A stretch of DNA of 64,000 bases from an uncultured Bacteroidales bacterium (GTDB lineage Bacteria; Bacteroidota; Bacteroidia; Bacteroidales; UBA3663), in assembly GCA_905235375.1 (NCBI GenBank), contig CAJOLH010000004.1, positions 71,141-135,140 of the forward strand. The letters are read 5' to 3'. Shown here in pieces: positions 26,294 to 36,485 of the stretch (within the stretch, counting starts at the first letter, position 1; each line of letters starts with the position of its first letter). The notes below the pieces were generated by a model, which made no database searches, was not told where the DNA came from, and worked only from the letters and a program-made list of their open reading frames with translations. The position numbers were made by a program, and so were the translations under genes.

Positions 26294-29200
26294 TTGAAAA
26301 CCCAACGTCATCATCCACTACATTTGATTGTCACGGCGTGCATCGCGGTGCTGCTTGTTGTATGCCTTAGCGCATGCAAGAGCAACACCAAGCTGAACCG
26401 TGGCATGAAGGCGATGACGACAAAGTACAATATCTACTTCAACGGCAACGAGGCGTTCAAGGAAGGGCTCACCGCGATGGAGAACAAGCATGACGAGGAA
26501 TTTGGACAGCGCATCCAGCTCCACCCCGTCTATAAGCTGACCGATGCCAAGGAGCCACCCGCCAATGCCCAGTTCGACCGCACCATCGAGAAATGCAAGA
26601 TTGCCGTGCAGCGAAGGAGTATATCCAACAAGCCCAAACGTCGCGGCAAGAATACTCCCGAATACAAACTCTGGCTCACCCACGGGGAATTCAACCCGTT
26701 CCTGCACAATGCCTGGATGCTGTCGGGCAAGGCACAGTTCTACAAAGGCGATTTCAATGCAGCAGCAGCAACCTTCACCTACACCGCACGTCGCTTCTGG
26801 TGGCGCAAATACACCGTGGCCGAGTGCCACATTTGGGCTGCGCGTGTCTATGCCGTGCAGGGCTTCAATTTCGATGCCGAAGCTGAACTTGGCCTGGTCA
26901 TCCCCCAAAAGCAATACAACAACCAGAAGGAACTGAGTGCCCTGCCTGCCTATAAGGATCTGCCTCGTTCCCTTCAGAAAGCTTTCTCACTGGCACAAGC
27001 CGAGATTCTGCTTTGTAAACCCGAAACTTCGCTCGAAGCCATCGACTACCTGCGCAAGGGACGCAATGCCTCTCATTCGAATGCCCAAAAAATACGCTGC
27101 AACTACCTCCTTGCCCAATTGCTCGAGGAACGTGGCGACTACCAGGAGGCTTACAAGATCTTCGGGCGATTGGGTCACAGCGGCGACAACTACAAGACAC
27201 AATTCAATGCCAAACTTGCACAGACCAACGTCCTTTCGAAAATGGGTGGAACTTCCCCAAAGAACCTCGCCAAGATCGAAAAGAAGTTCAACCGTATGCG
27301 CCATCAGTTCCGCAACGAAGAGTATCTTGACCAAATCTACTACGGACTTGGCAACGTGGCGCTGCTGCAACAGGATACCGCCAAAGCCATCAGACAATTC
27401 GAGACCGCTCTCGAAAAGAGCACTCGCAACGGCATCGACAAGGCCATTGCCGCACTCCGACTGGGCGAAATCACGTTCATTCAGGAAGACTACGTCAAGG
27501 CCCAGAAAGCCTACAGCACAGCTATGGGCATCATCGACAAGGAATTCAAGGGCTACAAGGAGATACAGCGCCTGAGCGGTGTACTCGATGAACTGCAGAC
27601 CCATGCCGAGACAGTCCAGCTGCAGGACAGCCTGCTCAAACTTGCTGAACTGCCCAGGGAGGAACTCGACAAGGTCATCGCCCGAATCATCAAGGACCTC
27701 ATCAAGGCCGAAAAGGAAGCCGAGGACCAGGAACGCCTTGCAGAATATGAGGCCAACAAGTCGTCAAATGCCGACCCGTTGGCAAGCAATGACGAACAGC
27801 CCACCGTGGGCAAGCAGGACAAGTCGTGGTACTTCTACAACCCTGCACAAGTGGCAAAAGGAAAGACATCGTTCCAGCGCACATGGGGTGCCCGTAAACC
27901 CGAGGATGACTGGCGTCGAAAGAACAAGACCGAAACAGTATTCTTCGACAACGACCAGGACGATGGCGATTCTGAATCGAAAGACCAGCTTGCCGAAGAA
28001 ATGCCTGCCGACAGCCTTGTCACCGATGCCCCGGATGGAGCTCCTTCGACCGGAGAAGAAGCAGCCGAGAACGAGGATGTCAACGATCCACACAAACCGG
28101 ATTACTACCTGGCACAGATTCCATTCACCGACGAGCAGAAACAAACTGCCAACGAGCTCATCGAGGAGGGGCTCTACAACGAAGGCGTCATCATCAATGA
28201 GAAGCTGGAGAACTTCCCGCTTTCCATCAAGACATTCCGACAGCTCGAGACGCGCTATCCCGAGAGCCAGCATCGTCCCGACATGTACTATGCCATCTAT
28301 CTGATGTATATGCGCATGGCCGACATGGCTCAACGCAAGGGCGAGACGACCCGTCAGAACAAGATGCTTGCCGAAGCCGAACTTTGGCGTCGCAAACTGA
28401 TGGATTCCTATCCCGAGAGTGCTTACGGCGTGGCTGTCAGCGATCCCAATTACATCGAGACGCTTCGGGAAATGGCCAAGGGTCAGGATTCGCTCTATAT
28501 CCACACCTACGAGGAATATCTGGCAGGCAATACCAAACTCGTGCATGACAACTACAACTTCGTCCATGAGAAGTGGCCGCTCTCGAAGCTTATGCCGAAG
28601 TTCCTCTTCCTCCATGCACTCAGTTACGTGCAGGATGGCGAGAGCCAAAAGTTCAAGGAGGCACTCGAACAACTCACTGCCACCTATCCCGAGAGCGATG
28701 TGTCGCCACTCGCCAGCCTGATGATCAAGGGCTATCGCGAAGGTCGCGAACTGCAACTTGGCTCAAAGGTACGCAGCATGATGTGGGGTACTTCCCTCAA
28801 GCGTGGCGATGGCGACGAGGCAGGAGTCGATGAGTCGATGCAGTTCCTCGACGATGACAACGTGCCGCACGTCCTGCTCCTCGCCTTCAAGACCGACAGT
28901 TTGTCCAACATTCAGAACAACCTGCTGTTCGAGATAGCCAAATTCAACTTTGAAAACTATCTCGTCAAGGACTTCGACCTTGAGATCATCGACACAGGAG
29001 GTGGTCTGTCGGTGCTCGTCATCAGCGGATTTGACGACCTCGACGAACTGCTCGATTATCACGACCGCATGGATGCCAGCGACACCTTCGAGCTTCCCGA
29101 CGGCATCACCCAAATCGACATCAGCGACCCGAACTTCCGTCTGTTGCTCCGTGGCAAGACCTTCGAAGAATACTTCGACTGGGTACAGGCCACCTACGGA

Positions 29201-29419
29201 GGCGATGAGATTGAAGCCTGGAGTGCGGGTGATGAAGGCGAAGAAGGCATGACCACCATCGAAGTACCCGCCATAGACCCTGGAAACTCCGAGCCTTCCG
29301 AGAACTCCGAAAGCTCCGAGCCTTCCGAGAACACCGAAAGCTCCGAAAATTCCGAGAACTCCGAGCCTTCCGAAAACCCCGCCCCCACCCCCGAATCCTC
29401 CGAGCAAGAAAATGAATAA
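26294..29419 (+). CDS. large TPR-repeat lipoprotein with a Ser/Glu/Pro/Asn low-complexity tail
   Basis: 1041 aa with a lipoprotein signal (LLVVCLSACKSN) and repeated TPR-like helices. The start is a TTG at 26294, the only start that preserves the signal peptide. The stop overlaps the next gene's start. Confidence 0.8.
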   Translation: MKTQRHHPLHLIVTACIAVLLVVCLSACKSNTKLNRGMKAMTTKYNIYFNGNEAFKEGLTAMENKHDEEFGQRIQLHPVYKLTDAKEPPANAQFDRTIEKCKIAVQRRSISNKPKRRGKNTPEYKLWLTHGEFNPFLHNAWMLSGKAQFYKGDFNAAAATFTYTARRFWWRKYTVAECHIWAARVYAVQGFNFDAEAELGLVIPQKQYNNQKELSALPAYKDLPRSLQKAFSLAQAEILLCKPETSLEAIDYLRKGRNASHSNAQKIRCNYLLAQLLEERGDYQEAYKIFGRLGHSGDNYKTQFNAKLAQTNVLSKMGGTSPKNLAKIEKKFNRMRHQFRNEEYLDQIYYGLGNVALLQQDTAKAIRQFETALEKSTRNGIDKAIAALRLGEITFIQEDYVKAQKAYSTAMGIIDKEFKGYKEIQRLSGVLDELQTHAETVQLQDSLLKLAELPREELDKVIARIIKDLIKAEKEAEDQERLAEYEANKSSNADPLASNDEQPTVGKQDKSWYFYNPAQVAKGKTSFQRTWGARKPEDDWRRKNKTETVFFDNDQDDGDSESKDQLAEEMPADSLVTDAPDGAPSTGEEAAENEDVNDPHKPDYYLAQIPFTDEQKQTANELIEEGLYNEGVIINEKLENFPLSIKTFRQLETRYPESQHRPDMYYAIYLMYMRMADMAQRKGETTRQNKMLAEAELWRRKLMDSYPESAYGVAVSDPNYIETLREMAKGQDSLYIHTYEEYLAGNTKLVHDNYNFVHEKWPLSKLMPKFLFLHALSYVQDGESQKFKEALEQLTATYPESDVSPLASLMIKGYREGRELQLGSKVRSMMWGTSLKRGDGDEAGVDESMQFLDDDNVPHVLLLAFKTDSLSNIQNNLLFEIAKFNFENYLVKDFDLEIIDTGGGLSVLVISGFDDLDELLDYHDRMDASDTFELPDGITQIDISDPNFRLLLRGKTFEEYFDWVQATYGGDEIEAWSAGDEGEEGMTTIEVPAIDPGNSEPSENSESSEPSENTESSENSENSEPSENPAPTPESSEQENE

Positions 29420-31022
29420 TCCACAGATACTCTGGGCCGACGACGAGATAGATCTCCTCAAGCCCCACATCATGTTCCTTCAAAAGAAGGGCTACGACGT
29501 CATCACAGTCACCAACGGGCAGGATGCACTCGATTATGCGCGTGAGCATCCCGTGGATCTTGTCTTTCTCGACGAGAATATGCCAGGCATCTCAGGCCTC
29601 GAAACCCTTAGCCTGCTCAAAGAGAGCCATCCATCGCTTCCCATCATCATGATCACCAAGAGCGAGGAAGAGGACATCATGGACCAAGCCATCGGTTCGA
29701 AGATTGCCGATTACCTCATCAAGCCCGTGCTTCCCAATCAGATGCTGATGAGCATCAAGAAGAACCTCCATGCCCGCGAAATCACGCAGCAACAGCAGAC
29801 ATCGGGCTACCAGCAGGAGTTCGGCAAACTCTCGATGGCCATCAGCGATGCCCACACGTTCAACGAATGGGTGGACGTCTATAAGCGACTCGTGTTTTGG
29901 GAAAACGAATTCAGTGCCAACTCCGACCCTCAGCTCAACTCCATGCTGCAGATGCAGAAGGAAGAGGCCAACGCCGCTTTCTACAAGTTTGTGAAGCGCA
30001 ACTACCACGACTGGGTGAAGGGGCTTATCAAGAAAGCCTCTCCCTCCAACACGGGAACTTTGTCCTACACGAAGAATGAAACCAACGACGATGCGCCCCT
30101 GATGTCGCCCTCTCTCTTCAAGGAACGTATCTTCCCACTGCTCGATGCTGGCGAGAAACTTTTCCTCATTGTCATCGACAACTTCCGTCTCGACCAATGG
30201 AGGGCTGTGCAGCCGCTGCTCTCTCCTTATTATAATATACAGGAGGATGTCTATTGTGCCATGCTGCCCACTGCCACTCAATATGCCCGCAATGCCATCT
30301 TCAGTGGCCTGATGCCCGATCAGATTGCACGTATGTTCCCCGACCTCTGGGTCGATGAAGACGAGGAGGAAGGCAAGAACCTCAACGAGGCACCCCTCAT
30401 CCAGACGCAGCTCGATCGTTTCCGCAAACATTACGAATTTTCGTATCACAAGATCAACGAGAACAGCTATGGCGAAAAGATTGTCGCAGGGCTGAAAGGC
30501 CTCAAGCGCTATCCGCTCAACGTCATCGTCATCAACTTCATCGATATGCTGAGCCATGCCCGCACCGAAATCAAGACCGTGCGCGAACTGGCTCACGACG
30601 AAGCCGCCTACCGCGCTTTGACCCGCACCTGGATGGAACATTCCTCGACCCTTGAACTTTTCCGTTCGATAGCCGAGATGGGCTACAAGGTGATTCTGAC
30701 CACCGACCACGGATCGATTCGCTGCGACAATGCCATCAAGATCATAGGCGACAAGAATGTCAACACCAACCTTCGCTACAAGCTCGGCAAGAACCTCAAT
30801 TCGCAGTCGAAGAACATCTTCTGGATTGAGCGACCACAGGATTACGGCCTGCCCATCCTGAATGTCAGCACACAATATGCCTTCTGTGGAGGCCACGACT
30901 TCTTTGCCTACCCCAACAACTACAACTACTACGTCCAGTACTACAAGGACACCTTCCAGCACGGAGGCATCTCGCTCGAAGAGATGCTCATTCCGCTAGT
31001 TCTGCTCACACCAAAAGCGTGA
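29412..31022 (+). CDS. PorX-like response regulator with PglZ / alkaline-phosphatase-superfamily output domain
   Basis: Receiver domain (ILWADDEIDLL...DLVFLDENMPGISG...KP) followed by a roughly 400-aa PglZ-type domain (VIDNFRLDQW, TTDHGS). Confidence 0.8.
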   Translation: MNNPQILWADDEIDLLKPHIMFLQKKGYDVITVTNGQDALDYAREHPVDLVFLDENMPGISGLETLSLLKESHPSLPIIMITKSEEEDIMDQAIGSKIADYLIKPVLPNQMLMSIKKNLHAREITQQQQTSGYQQEFGKLSMAISDAHTFNEWVDVYKRLVFWENEFSANSDPQLNSMLQMQKEEANAAFYKFVKRNYHDWVKGLIKKASPSNTGTLSYTKNETNDDAPLMSPSLFKERIFPLLDAGEKLFLIVIDNFRLDQWRAVQPLLSPYYNIQEDVYCAMLPTATQYARNAIFSGLMPDQIARMFPDLWVDEDEEEGKNLNEAPLIQTQLDRFRKHYEFSYHKINENSYGEKIVAGLKGLKRYPLNVIVINFIDMLSHARTEIKTVRELAHDEAAYRALTRTWMEHSSTLELFRSIAEMGYKVILTTDHGSIRCDNAIKIIGDKNVNTNLRYKLGKNLNSQSKNIFWIERPQDYGLPILNVSTQYAFCGGHDFFAYPNNYNYYVQYYKDTFQHGGISLEEMLIPLVLLTPKA

Positions 31023-31055
31023 GCAGAGGTTTGAGAAGTATGAAAGGTTAAGAGA

Positions 31056-33395
31056 ATGCTATACGCAGACATAATACTACCGGTTCCTTTGAACCAGACA
31101 TTCACCTACATCATCCCCGACGAGTTGGAAAAGATGGTGCAGATAGGTCAGCGCGTATTGGCACCTTTTGGCCGAAATCACACCTACACCGGCATCATCG
31201 TAGGCCTCAACCCTCACCGACCCGAGACAGGCTACGAACTGAAGCCCATCCAACAGGTTCTCGATGAGGGTCCCATCATCCGTCATCCGCAATACCCGCT
31301 CTGGCAATGGATTGCCAGTTATTACATCTGCCCCATTGGCGACGTGATGAAGGCTGCCTTGCCCAGTGAACTCAAGCCCGAAGAAGGAAAAGAAGGAATC
31401 GTCCGCGAGGACTTCCAGCCCAAGATGCGCACCATGGTGCAAATCGCCCTGCCCTGCATCGAAGACACTTCATCTCCGATTACTCCGACCATTCCGACCA
31501 CTCCGACCGCCCCCAGCACCCCTCTCGAAAGAGCCTTCAAAGCCCTACAGCGCTCCCCGCAGCAGCAAGCGCTCTTCATGAAACTGCTCGACATGAGTCA
31601 TGCGCTACAGAAGTCCAAGGCCGACCCCGTGCCCAAGGACGTGCTTCTCAAATCGTCCGGAGTCAGCACCGCCATTTTCAACGAAGTGCATAAGAAAGGC
31701 TTGCTGACCACCTTCGAAGAACCCGTCTCACGCCTCGACACGCGCGACGATCCCTATTTGGAGCAAAAGTGCGAACCAATGCATCCGCTCACCGAGATGC
31801 AGACAGTTGCCTATCGACAGATTTGCCATTCGCTGCGCGATCACCAGGTCTGCCTGCTGCAAGGCGTCACTTCAAGCGGAAAGACCGAGATCTACATGCA
31901 CCTCATTCAGGAAGTGATTGACCAAGGTCGGCAAGCCCTGCTCATGGTGCCCGAAATAGCACTCACCACACAGCTATGCCAACGTCTGCGCCGCGTCTTC
32001 GGCAAACAGATGCTCGTCTATCATTCCAAACTTTCCGACACCGAACGTGTGGAGATTTGGAAAGCCATGCTCGACGACTCGAAAGGTGCCGTTCAAAGTT
32101 CTCGCCTCATCGTCGGTGTGCGTTCCAGCATCTTCCTTCCCTTCCGACAACTTGGACTCGTCATCGTCGATGAGGAACACGAGCCAAGCTACAAGCAGCA
32201 GGATCCCGCACCTCGTTATCACGGACGCGACACGGCCATCATCCTTGCCATGCGCCATGGTGCCAAAGTGCTGCTGGGCAGTGCCACGCCAAGCCTCGAA
32301 AGCTTCTATCTTGCCAAGCAGGGAAAGTACGGATTGGTGCGACTCACCGAACGTCATGCCGGTGTTTCCTTGCCCAAAATCACGCTGGTGCCTACCAAGG
32401 ATGTATTTTCGCCCGAACTCATCAAGAAAATCGGACATACGCTCCAGCAAGGCCAGCAGGCCATTCTTTTCCAAAACCGCCGAGGCTACTCATCGCAGAT
32501 CGAGTGCGTACAATGCGGCTGGACTCCCCACTGCCCGCGTTGCGATGTCACGCTCACCTACCACAAGCGCTCGCGTGCCCTCGAATGTCATTACTGCGGC
32601 TATCGGATGCCCTGGCCACAAATCTGTCCGCAATGCGAAGGCCGTCAACTCGAGACCCAGGGCTATGGCACGGAGCGCATTGAAGAAGGCCTGCAGCGGC
32701 TCCTCCCCATCGCACGTCCCATCCGCATGGACACCGATTCGACAGGAACCCGAAAGAGCTACGAGCGCATCATCCAGGACTTTGAGCAAAAGAAAAGCAA
32801 TGTGCTCATCGGCACACAAATGGTCACCAAGGGATTGGATTTCAGTTCGGTGCAGACTGTTGGCATCCTCAGTGCCGACGGACTGATGAACTTCCCCGAC
32901 TTCCGAGCCCACGAACGCGCATTCCAGCTCATGGAACAGGTGGCAGGACGTGCAGGCCGACGTGAAGGTCAGCAAGGCGAAGTCATCATCCAGTGCCGTG
33001 ACCCCAAGAACCCGCTCCTTCAGCAAGTGGTCAGTCATGACTATCTCGCCATGGCCGAAGCCCAGCTCGAAGATCGCCGTCGCTATGGATATCCTCCCTT
33101 CACACGTCTCATCATCATCTATATGAAAGGGCGATATGATGACCGCCTGGATGCCTTGGCAGCACAGTATGTCCAGCAACTGCGCTTTACCTTCGGCGAA
33201 CGTGTACTCGGTCCGGAAGCTCCTCCCATCGGCCGCGTCAAGAATATGTTCATCCGTCAGATCCTGCTCAAAGTGGAACGCGAGGCTTCGACCAGCGAGA
33301 TACGCCGCCTGCTGGGCATCATCCAAAGCAAACTCTCGCAGGACATTCAGGAGTTTTCCCGCATCGTCTTCTACTACGACGTGGATCCCATGTGA
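31056..33395 (+). CDS. priA: primosomal replication-restart helicase PriA
   Basis: GVTSSGKTEIY, VIVDEEHE, and Cys4 zinc clusters (CVQCGWTPHCPRC...CHYCGY...CPQCE). Contains a Thr/Pro insert (SSPITPTIPTTPTAPSTP). Confidence 0.93.
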   Translation: MLYADIILPVPLNQTFTYIIPDELEKMVQIGQRVLAPFGRNHTYTGIIVGLNPHRPETGYELKPIQQVLDEGPIIRHPQYPLWQWIASYYICPIGDVMKAALPSELKPEEGKEGIVREDFQPKMRTMVQIALPCIEDTSSPITPTIPTTPTAPSTPLERAFKALQRSPQQQALFMKLLDMSHALQKSKADPVPKDVLLKSSGVSTAIFNEVHKKGLLTTFEEPVSRLDTRDDPYLEQKCEPMHPLTEMQTVAYRQICHSLRDHQVCLLQGVTSSGKTEIYMHLIQEVIDQGRQALLMVPEIALTTQLCQRLRRVFGKQMLVYHSKLSDTERVEIWKAMLDDSKGAVQSSRLIVGVRSSIFLPFRQLGLVIVDEEHEPSYKQQDPAPRYHGRDTAIILAMRHGAKVLLGSATPSLESFYLAKQGKYGLVRLTERHAGVSLPKITLVPTKDVFSPELIKKIGHTLQQGQQAILFQNRRGYSSQIECVQCGWTPHCPRCDVTLTYHKRSRALECHYCGYRMPWPQICPQCEGRQLETQGYGTERIEEGLQRLLPIARPIRMDTDSTGTRKSYERIIQDFEQKKSNVLIGTQMVTKGLDFSSVQTVGILSADGLMNFPDFRAHERAFQLMEQVAGRAGRREGQQGEVIIQCRDPKNPLLQQVVSHDYLAMAEAQLEDRRRYGYPPFTRLIIIYMKGRYDDRLDALAAQYVQQLRFTFGERVLGPEAPPIGRVKNMFIRQILLKVEREASTSEIRRLLGIIQSKLSQDIQEFSRIVFYYDVDPM

Positions 33396-33477
33396 CCAAA
33401 TGGTTCGTGGCTCTTGGTTCATGATTCATAGTTCGAGTCCCGCAATAATTGTTAATTTATAAATTATTCTTTGTTCA

Positions 33478-34302
33478 TTGAAAAAGATAGCAATCATCAA
33501 CGACATCTCAGGCTATGGACGTTGCAGCATCTCTGTCATCCAGCCGATTGTCAGTCATCTGGGTGTGCAGGGTTGCCCCTTGCCCACTGCCATCTTCTCC
33601 AATCACACAGGCTTCCCCTCGTTCTATCGCGAGGATTTCACCCGTCGTATGCCTGCGTATATCGAAGAATGGAAGAAACTCGACCTGCAGTTCGACGGCA
33701 TCATGACCGGCTTCCTCGGTTCGGCACGACAGATTAGCATCGTGGAGCAGTTCATCAAGGATTTCCGTCGTCCTTCGACCATCGTCCTCGTCGATCCGGT
33801 GATGGGCGACAATGGCCATATCTACCCCACCTATACCCGCAAGATGTGCCGCGAGATGAAACGACTCATCCAATATGCCGACATCATCACGCCCAATCTG
33901 ACCGAAGCCTGTTTCCTCACCGACACGCCCTACAAACCCAGCGGTTGGCGTCATACCGAACTTGTGGTCATGGCGCGCGAGCTGATGGCAATGGGAGCCA
34001 AACGTCTCGTCATCACGGGCATCATGATGGGCGAAAACTTCATCGGCAATGTTGTGGGCGAACAGAATGGCGACGTGGAGTTCCAACGCCAGATGATTGT
34101 CGAGGAAACCCGCTCGGGCACAGGTGATGTCTTTGCTTCCGTCCTTGGTGCCGATGCTGTCAATGGTGTACCTTTTGCCCAATCGTCCAAACGAGCATCC
34201 CACTTCGTGCGCCAATGCCTCATCGAAACACTCCGCACCCCCGGCCCCGCCAACATCGGCATCGACTTCGAATCCTGCCTCTGGCAGCTCCGCAAGATCT
34301 GA
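33478..34302 (+). CDS. pyridoxal/pyridoxamine kinase family protein
   Basis: 274 aa. KKIAIINDISGYGRCSISV...DPVMGD...GTGDVFAS is the ribokinase-fold PdxK/PdxY pattern. The start codon is a TTG. Confidence 0.8.
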   Translation: MKKIAIINDISGYGRCSISVIQPIVSHLGVQGCPLPTAIFSNHTGFPSFYREDFTRRMPAYIEEWKKLDLQFDGIMTGFLGSARQISIVEQFIKDFRRPSTIVLVDPVMGDNGHIYPTYTRKMCREMKRLIQYADIITPNLTEACFLTDTPYKPSGWRHTELVVMARELMAMGAKRLVITGIMMGENFIGNVVGEQNGDVEFQRQMIVEETRSGTGDVFASVLGADAVNGVPFAQSSKRASHFVRQCLIETLRTPGPANIGIDFESCLWQLRKI

Positions 34303-34396
34303 CCCCGCGTCATCACCACCCTCCCCACGTCTTTTGTGTTAATGCGGCTGCCATCCATGGCTGCCCAAAGAAATATCAACCCAACAACAACCCAAA

Positions 34397-36400
34397 ATGG
34401 AACAAAACAAACCCACCCAAGGTCTCCCCGAAAACGCCATGCGTCCACTCAATCCCGGCGAGGAGTACCATCCCCTAATGCCTGCCAAGGCCAATCCTCG
34501 CGAAGTGACCACCTGGTCGCTCGTGTGGGGTCTTCTCATGGCTGTCATCTTCAGTGCTGCCACCGCCTATCTCGGCCTTAAGGTCGGACAGGTCTTCGAG
34601 GCAGCTATCCCCATCACCATCATCGCCGTCGGACTTGCTTCAGCCACCAAGCGCCGCGACCCCCTTGGCGAGAACGTCATCATCCAGTCCATCGGTGCCT
34701 GTTCGGGCATGATTGTGGCAGGTGCCATCTTCACCCTGCCTGCCCTCTACATCCTCGACTCGAAGTTCCCCGATGCCAACATCAGCGTCAGCTTCCTTGA
34801 GGTCTTCCTCGCTTCGCTGTTGGGCGGTGTCATCGGCATCCTCTTCCTCATTCCTTTCCGCAAGTACTTCGTGAGCGACATGCACGGCAAGTATCCTTTC
34901 CCCGAAGCCACTGCATCGACCCAGGTGCTCATCTCGGGCGAAGGCGAGAGTTCATCAGCCAAACCGCTCATCATCGCCTCAGTTCTGGGTGGTATCTACG
35001 ACTTCCTTGTGGCTACTTTCGGCACATGGGCTGAGAACTTCACCAGCACATTCTGCTCCTTGGGCACCACGATTGCTGCCAAGGGCAAGATCTTCCTGAG
35101 CTGCAACACCTCTGCAGCCCTGCTCGGCATGGGATATATCGTAGGTCTGAAATATGCCACCATCATGTGTGCCGGTTCGATACTTATCTGGTGGATTGCC
35201 GTTCCTGCCATCGCCTTCATCTGGCCTGACCTCGAAGTCGGCACTGGCATTCTGGCAGGTGATGCCATGCCCCAGCAGATCTTCCAGTATGCCAAGAGCA
35301 TCGGTATCGGCGGCATTGCCATGGCTGGTATCATCGGTGTCTGGAATAGCCGCAACGTCATCATGGGCAGCTTCTCGCTCATCCAGCAAGCCTTCGGCGG
35401 AAAGAGCGCCGAAGCCACTGCTGCCAATGTAGCAGTTCCGCGCACACAGCGCGATCTCAGCATGAAGACCATTGTCCTTGCCCTCATCATCGCCCTGCTT
35501 ACCACTACCCTCTTCTTCTACCTTGACGTGATGCATGGCTCGCTGCTCTTCACCATCGTAGCCCTCATCATCGTCTTCGTCATTGCCTTCCTCTTCACTA
35601 CCGTGGCAGCAAACGCCATTGCCATCGTAGGCAGCAACCCCGTGTCGGGCATGACGCTGATGACGCTTATCCTTGCTTCGCTCATCATGGCTGCTGTTGG
35701 CTTGAAGGGCACTGAAGGCATGGTGGCTGCGCTCATCATGGGTGGCGTGGTCTGCACGGCGCTCGCCAGCGCCGGAGCCTTCGTCACCGACCTCAAGATT
35801 GGCTATTGGCTTGGCACCACCCCAGCCAAACAGGAGGGATTCAAGTTCATCGGCATCCTCGTCAGCGCTGCCACAGCAGCAGGTGTCATCATGATCCTCA
35901 ACCAGGCCTACGGCTTCACTCCCGACAACTCCGACGTGATGGCAGCTCCACAGGCCCGTGCCATGGCTGCTGTCATCGAGCCATTGATGATGGGACAGGG
36001 CGCACCCTGGCTGCTCTACGGCATCGGTGCCATCATCGCCCTCATCGTCAATGCTTGCGGCATCTCTGCCCTCGCCTTCGCCCTCGGTATGTTCATCCCG
36101 CTCCAGCTCAACCTTCCGCTCATGGTCGGTGGCGCTGTCAACTGGTATGTCACCTCACGCAGCAAGGATCCGCAGGTTAATGCTGCTCGCGGTGAACGCG
36201 GCACGCTCCTCGCCTCGGGCTTCATCGCTGGTGGTGCTCTGATGGGTGTAGTCAGCGCAGGTCTCGTCTTCGCTGGTGCCGACTGGCAGATTGCAGGCGG
36301 CGAATGGGCCACCAGCTTCGGCGGTCAGCTCCTCAGCCTCGTGATGTACATCGCACTGATCGTCTTCCTCGCCAAGGCTTGTTTGAACACCAAGAAGTAA
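34397..36400 (+). CDS. OPT family oligopeptide transporter
   Basis: 667 aa, highly hydrophobic throughout, with an N-terminal PLNPGEEYHPLMP...REVT segment typical of bacterial OPT proteins. Confidence 0.8.
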   Translation: MEQNKPTQGLPENAMRPLNPGEEYHPLMPAKANPREVTTWSLVWGLLMAVIFSAATAYLGLKVGQVFEAAIPITIIAVGLASATKRRDPLGENVIIQSIGACSGMIVAGAIFTLPALYILDSKFPDANISVSFLEVFLASLLGGVIGILFLIPFRKYFVSDMHGKYPFPEATASTQVLISGEGESSSAKPLIIASVLGGIYDFLVATFGTWAENFTSTFCSLGTTIAAKGKIFLSCNTSAALLGMGYIVGLKYATIMCAGSILIWWIAVPAIAFIWPDLEVGTGILAGDAMPQQIFQYAKSIGIGGIAMAGIIGVWNSRNVIMGSFSLIQQAFGGKSAEATAANVAVPRTQRDLSMKTIVLALIIALLTTTLFFYLDVMHGSLLFTIVALIIVFVIAFLFTTVAANAIAIVGSNPVSGMTLMTLILASLIMAAVGLKGTEGMVAALIMGGVVCTALASAGAFVTDLKIGYWLGTTPAKQEGFKFIGILVSAATAAGVIMILNQAYGFTPDNSDVMAAPQARAMAAVIEPLMMGQGAPWLLYGIGAIIALIVNACGISALAFALGMFIPLQLNLPLMVGGAVNWYVTSRSKDPQVNAARGERGTLLASGFIAGGALMGVVSAGLVFAGADWQIAGGEWATSFGGQLLSLVMYIALIVFLAKACLNTKK

Positions 36401-36422
36401 GGATTATTAGATCTCAGGTTAT

Positions 36423-36480
36423 AAAAAAAGGGTTATGGATGTTGCCTGCGTTTGGCACTTCCATAACTCTTATTATTGTT
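36423..36480. terminator. bidirectional terminator hairpin between the convergent OPT and AlkZ-related genes
   Basis: AAAAAAAG GGTTATGGA tgttgcctgcgtttggcact TCCATAAC TCTTATTATTGTTT: an 8-bp stem with an A-run on one side and a T-rich run on the other. Confidence 0.65.
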
Positions 36481-36485
36481 TCCTA

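Noticed and set aside
33395-33445. tRNA-like T-arm sequence GTTCGAGTCCCGC downstream of priA
   Set aside because: The 5 nt preceding the loop (TCATA) cannot pair with CCCGC. No acceptor, D or anticodon arms can be drawn from the upstream sequence. The region is made of TTCGTG/TTCATG word repeats.
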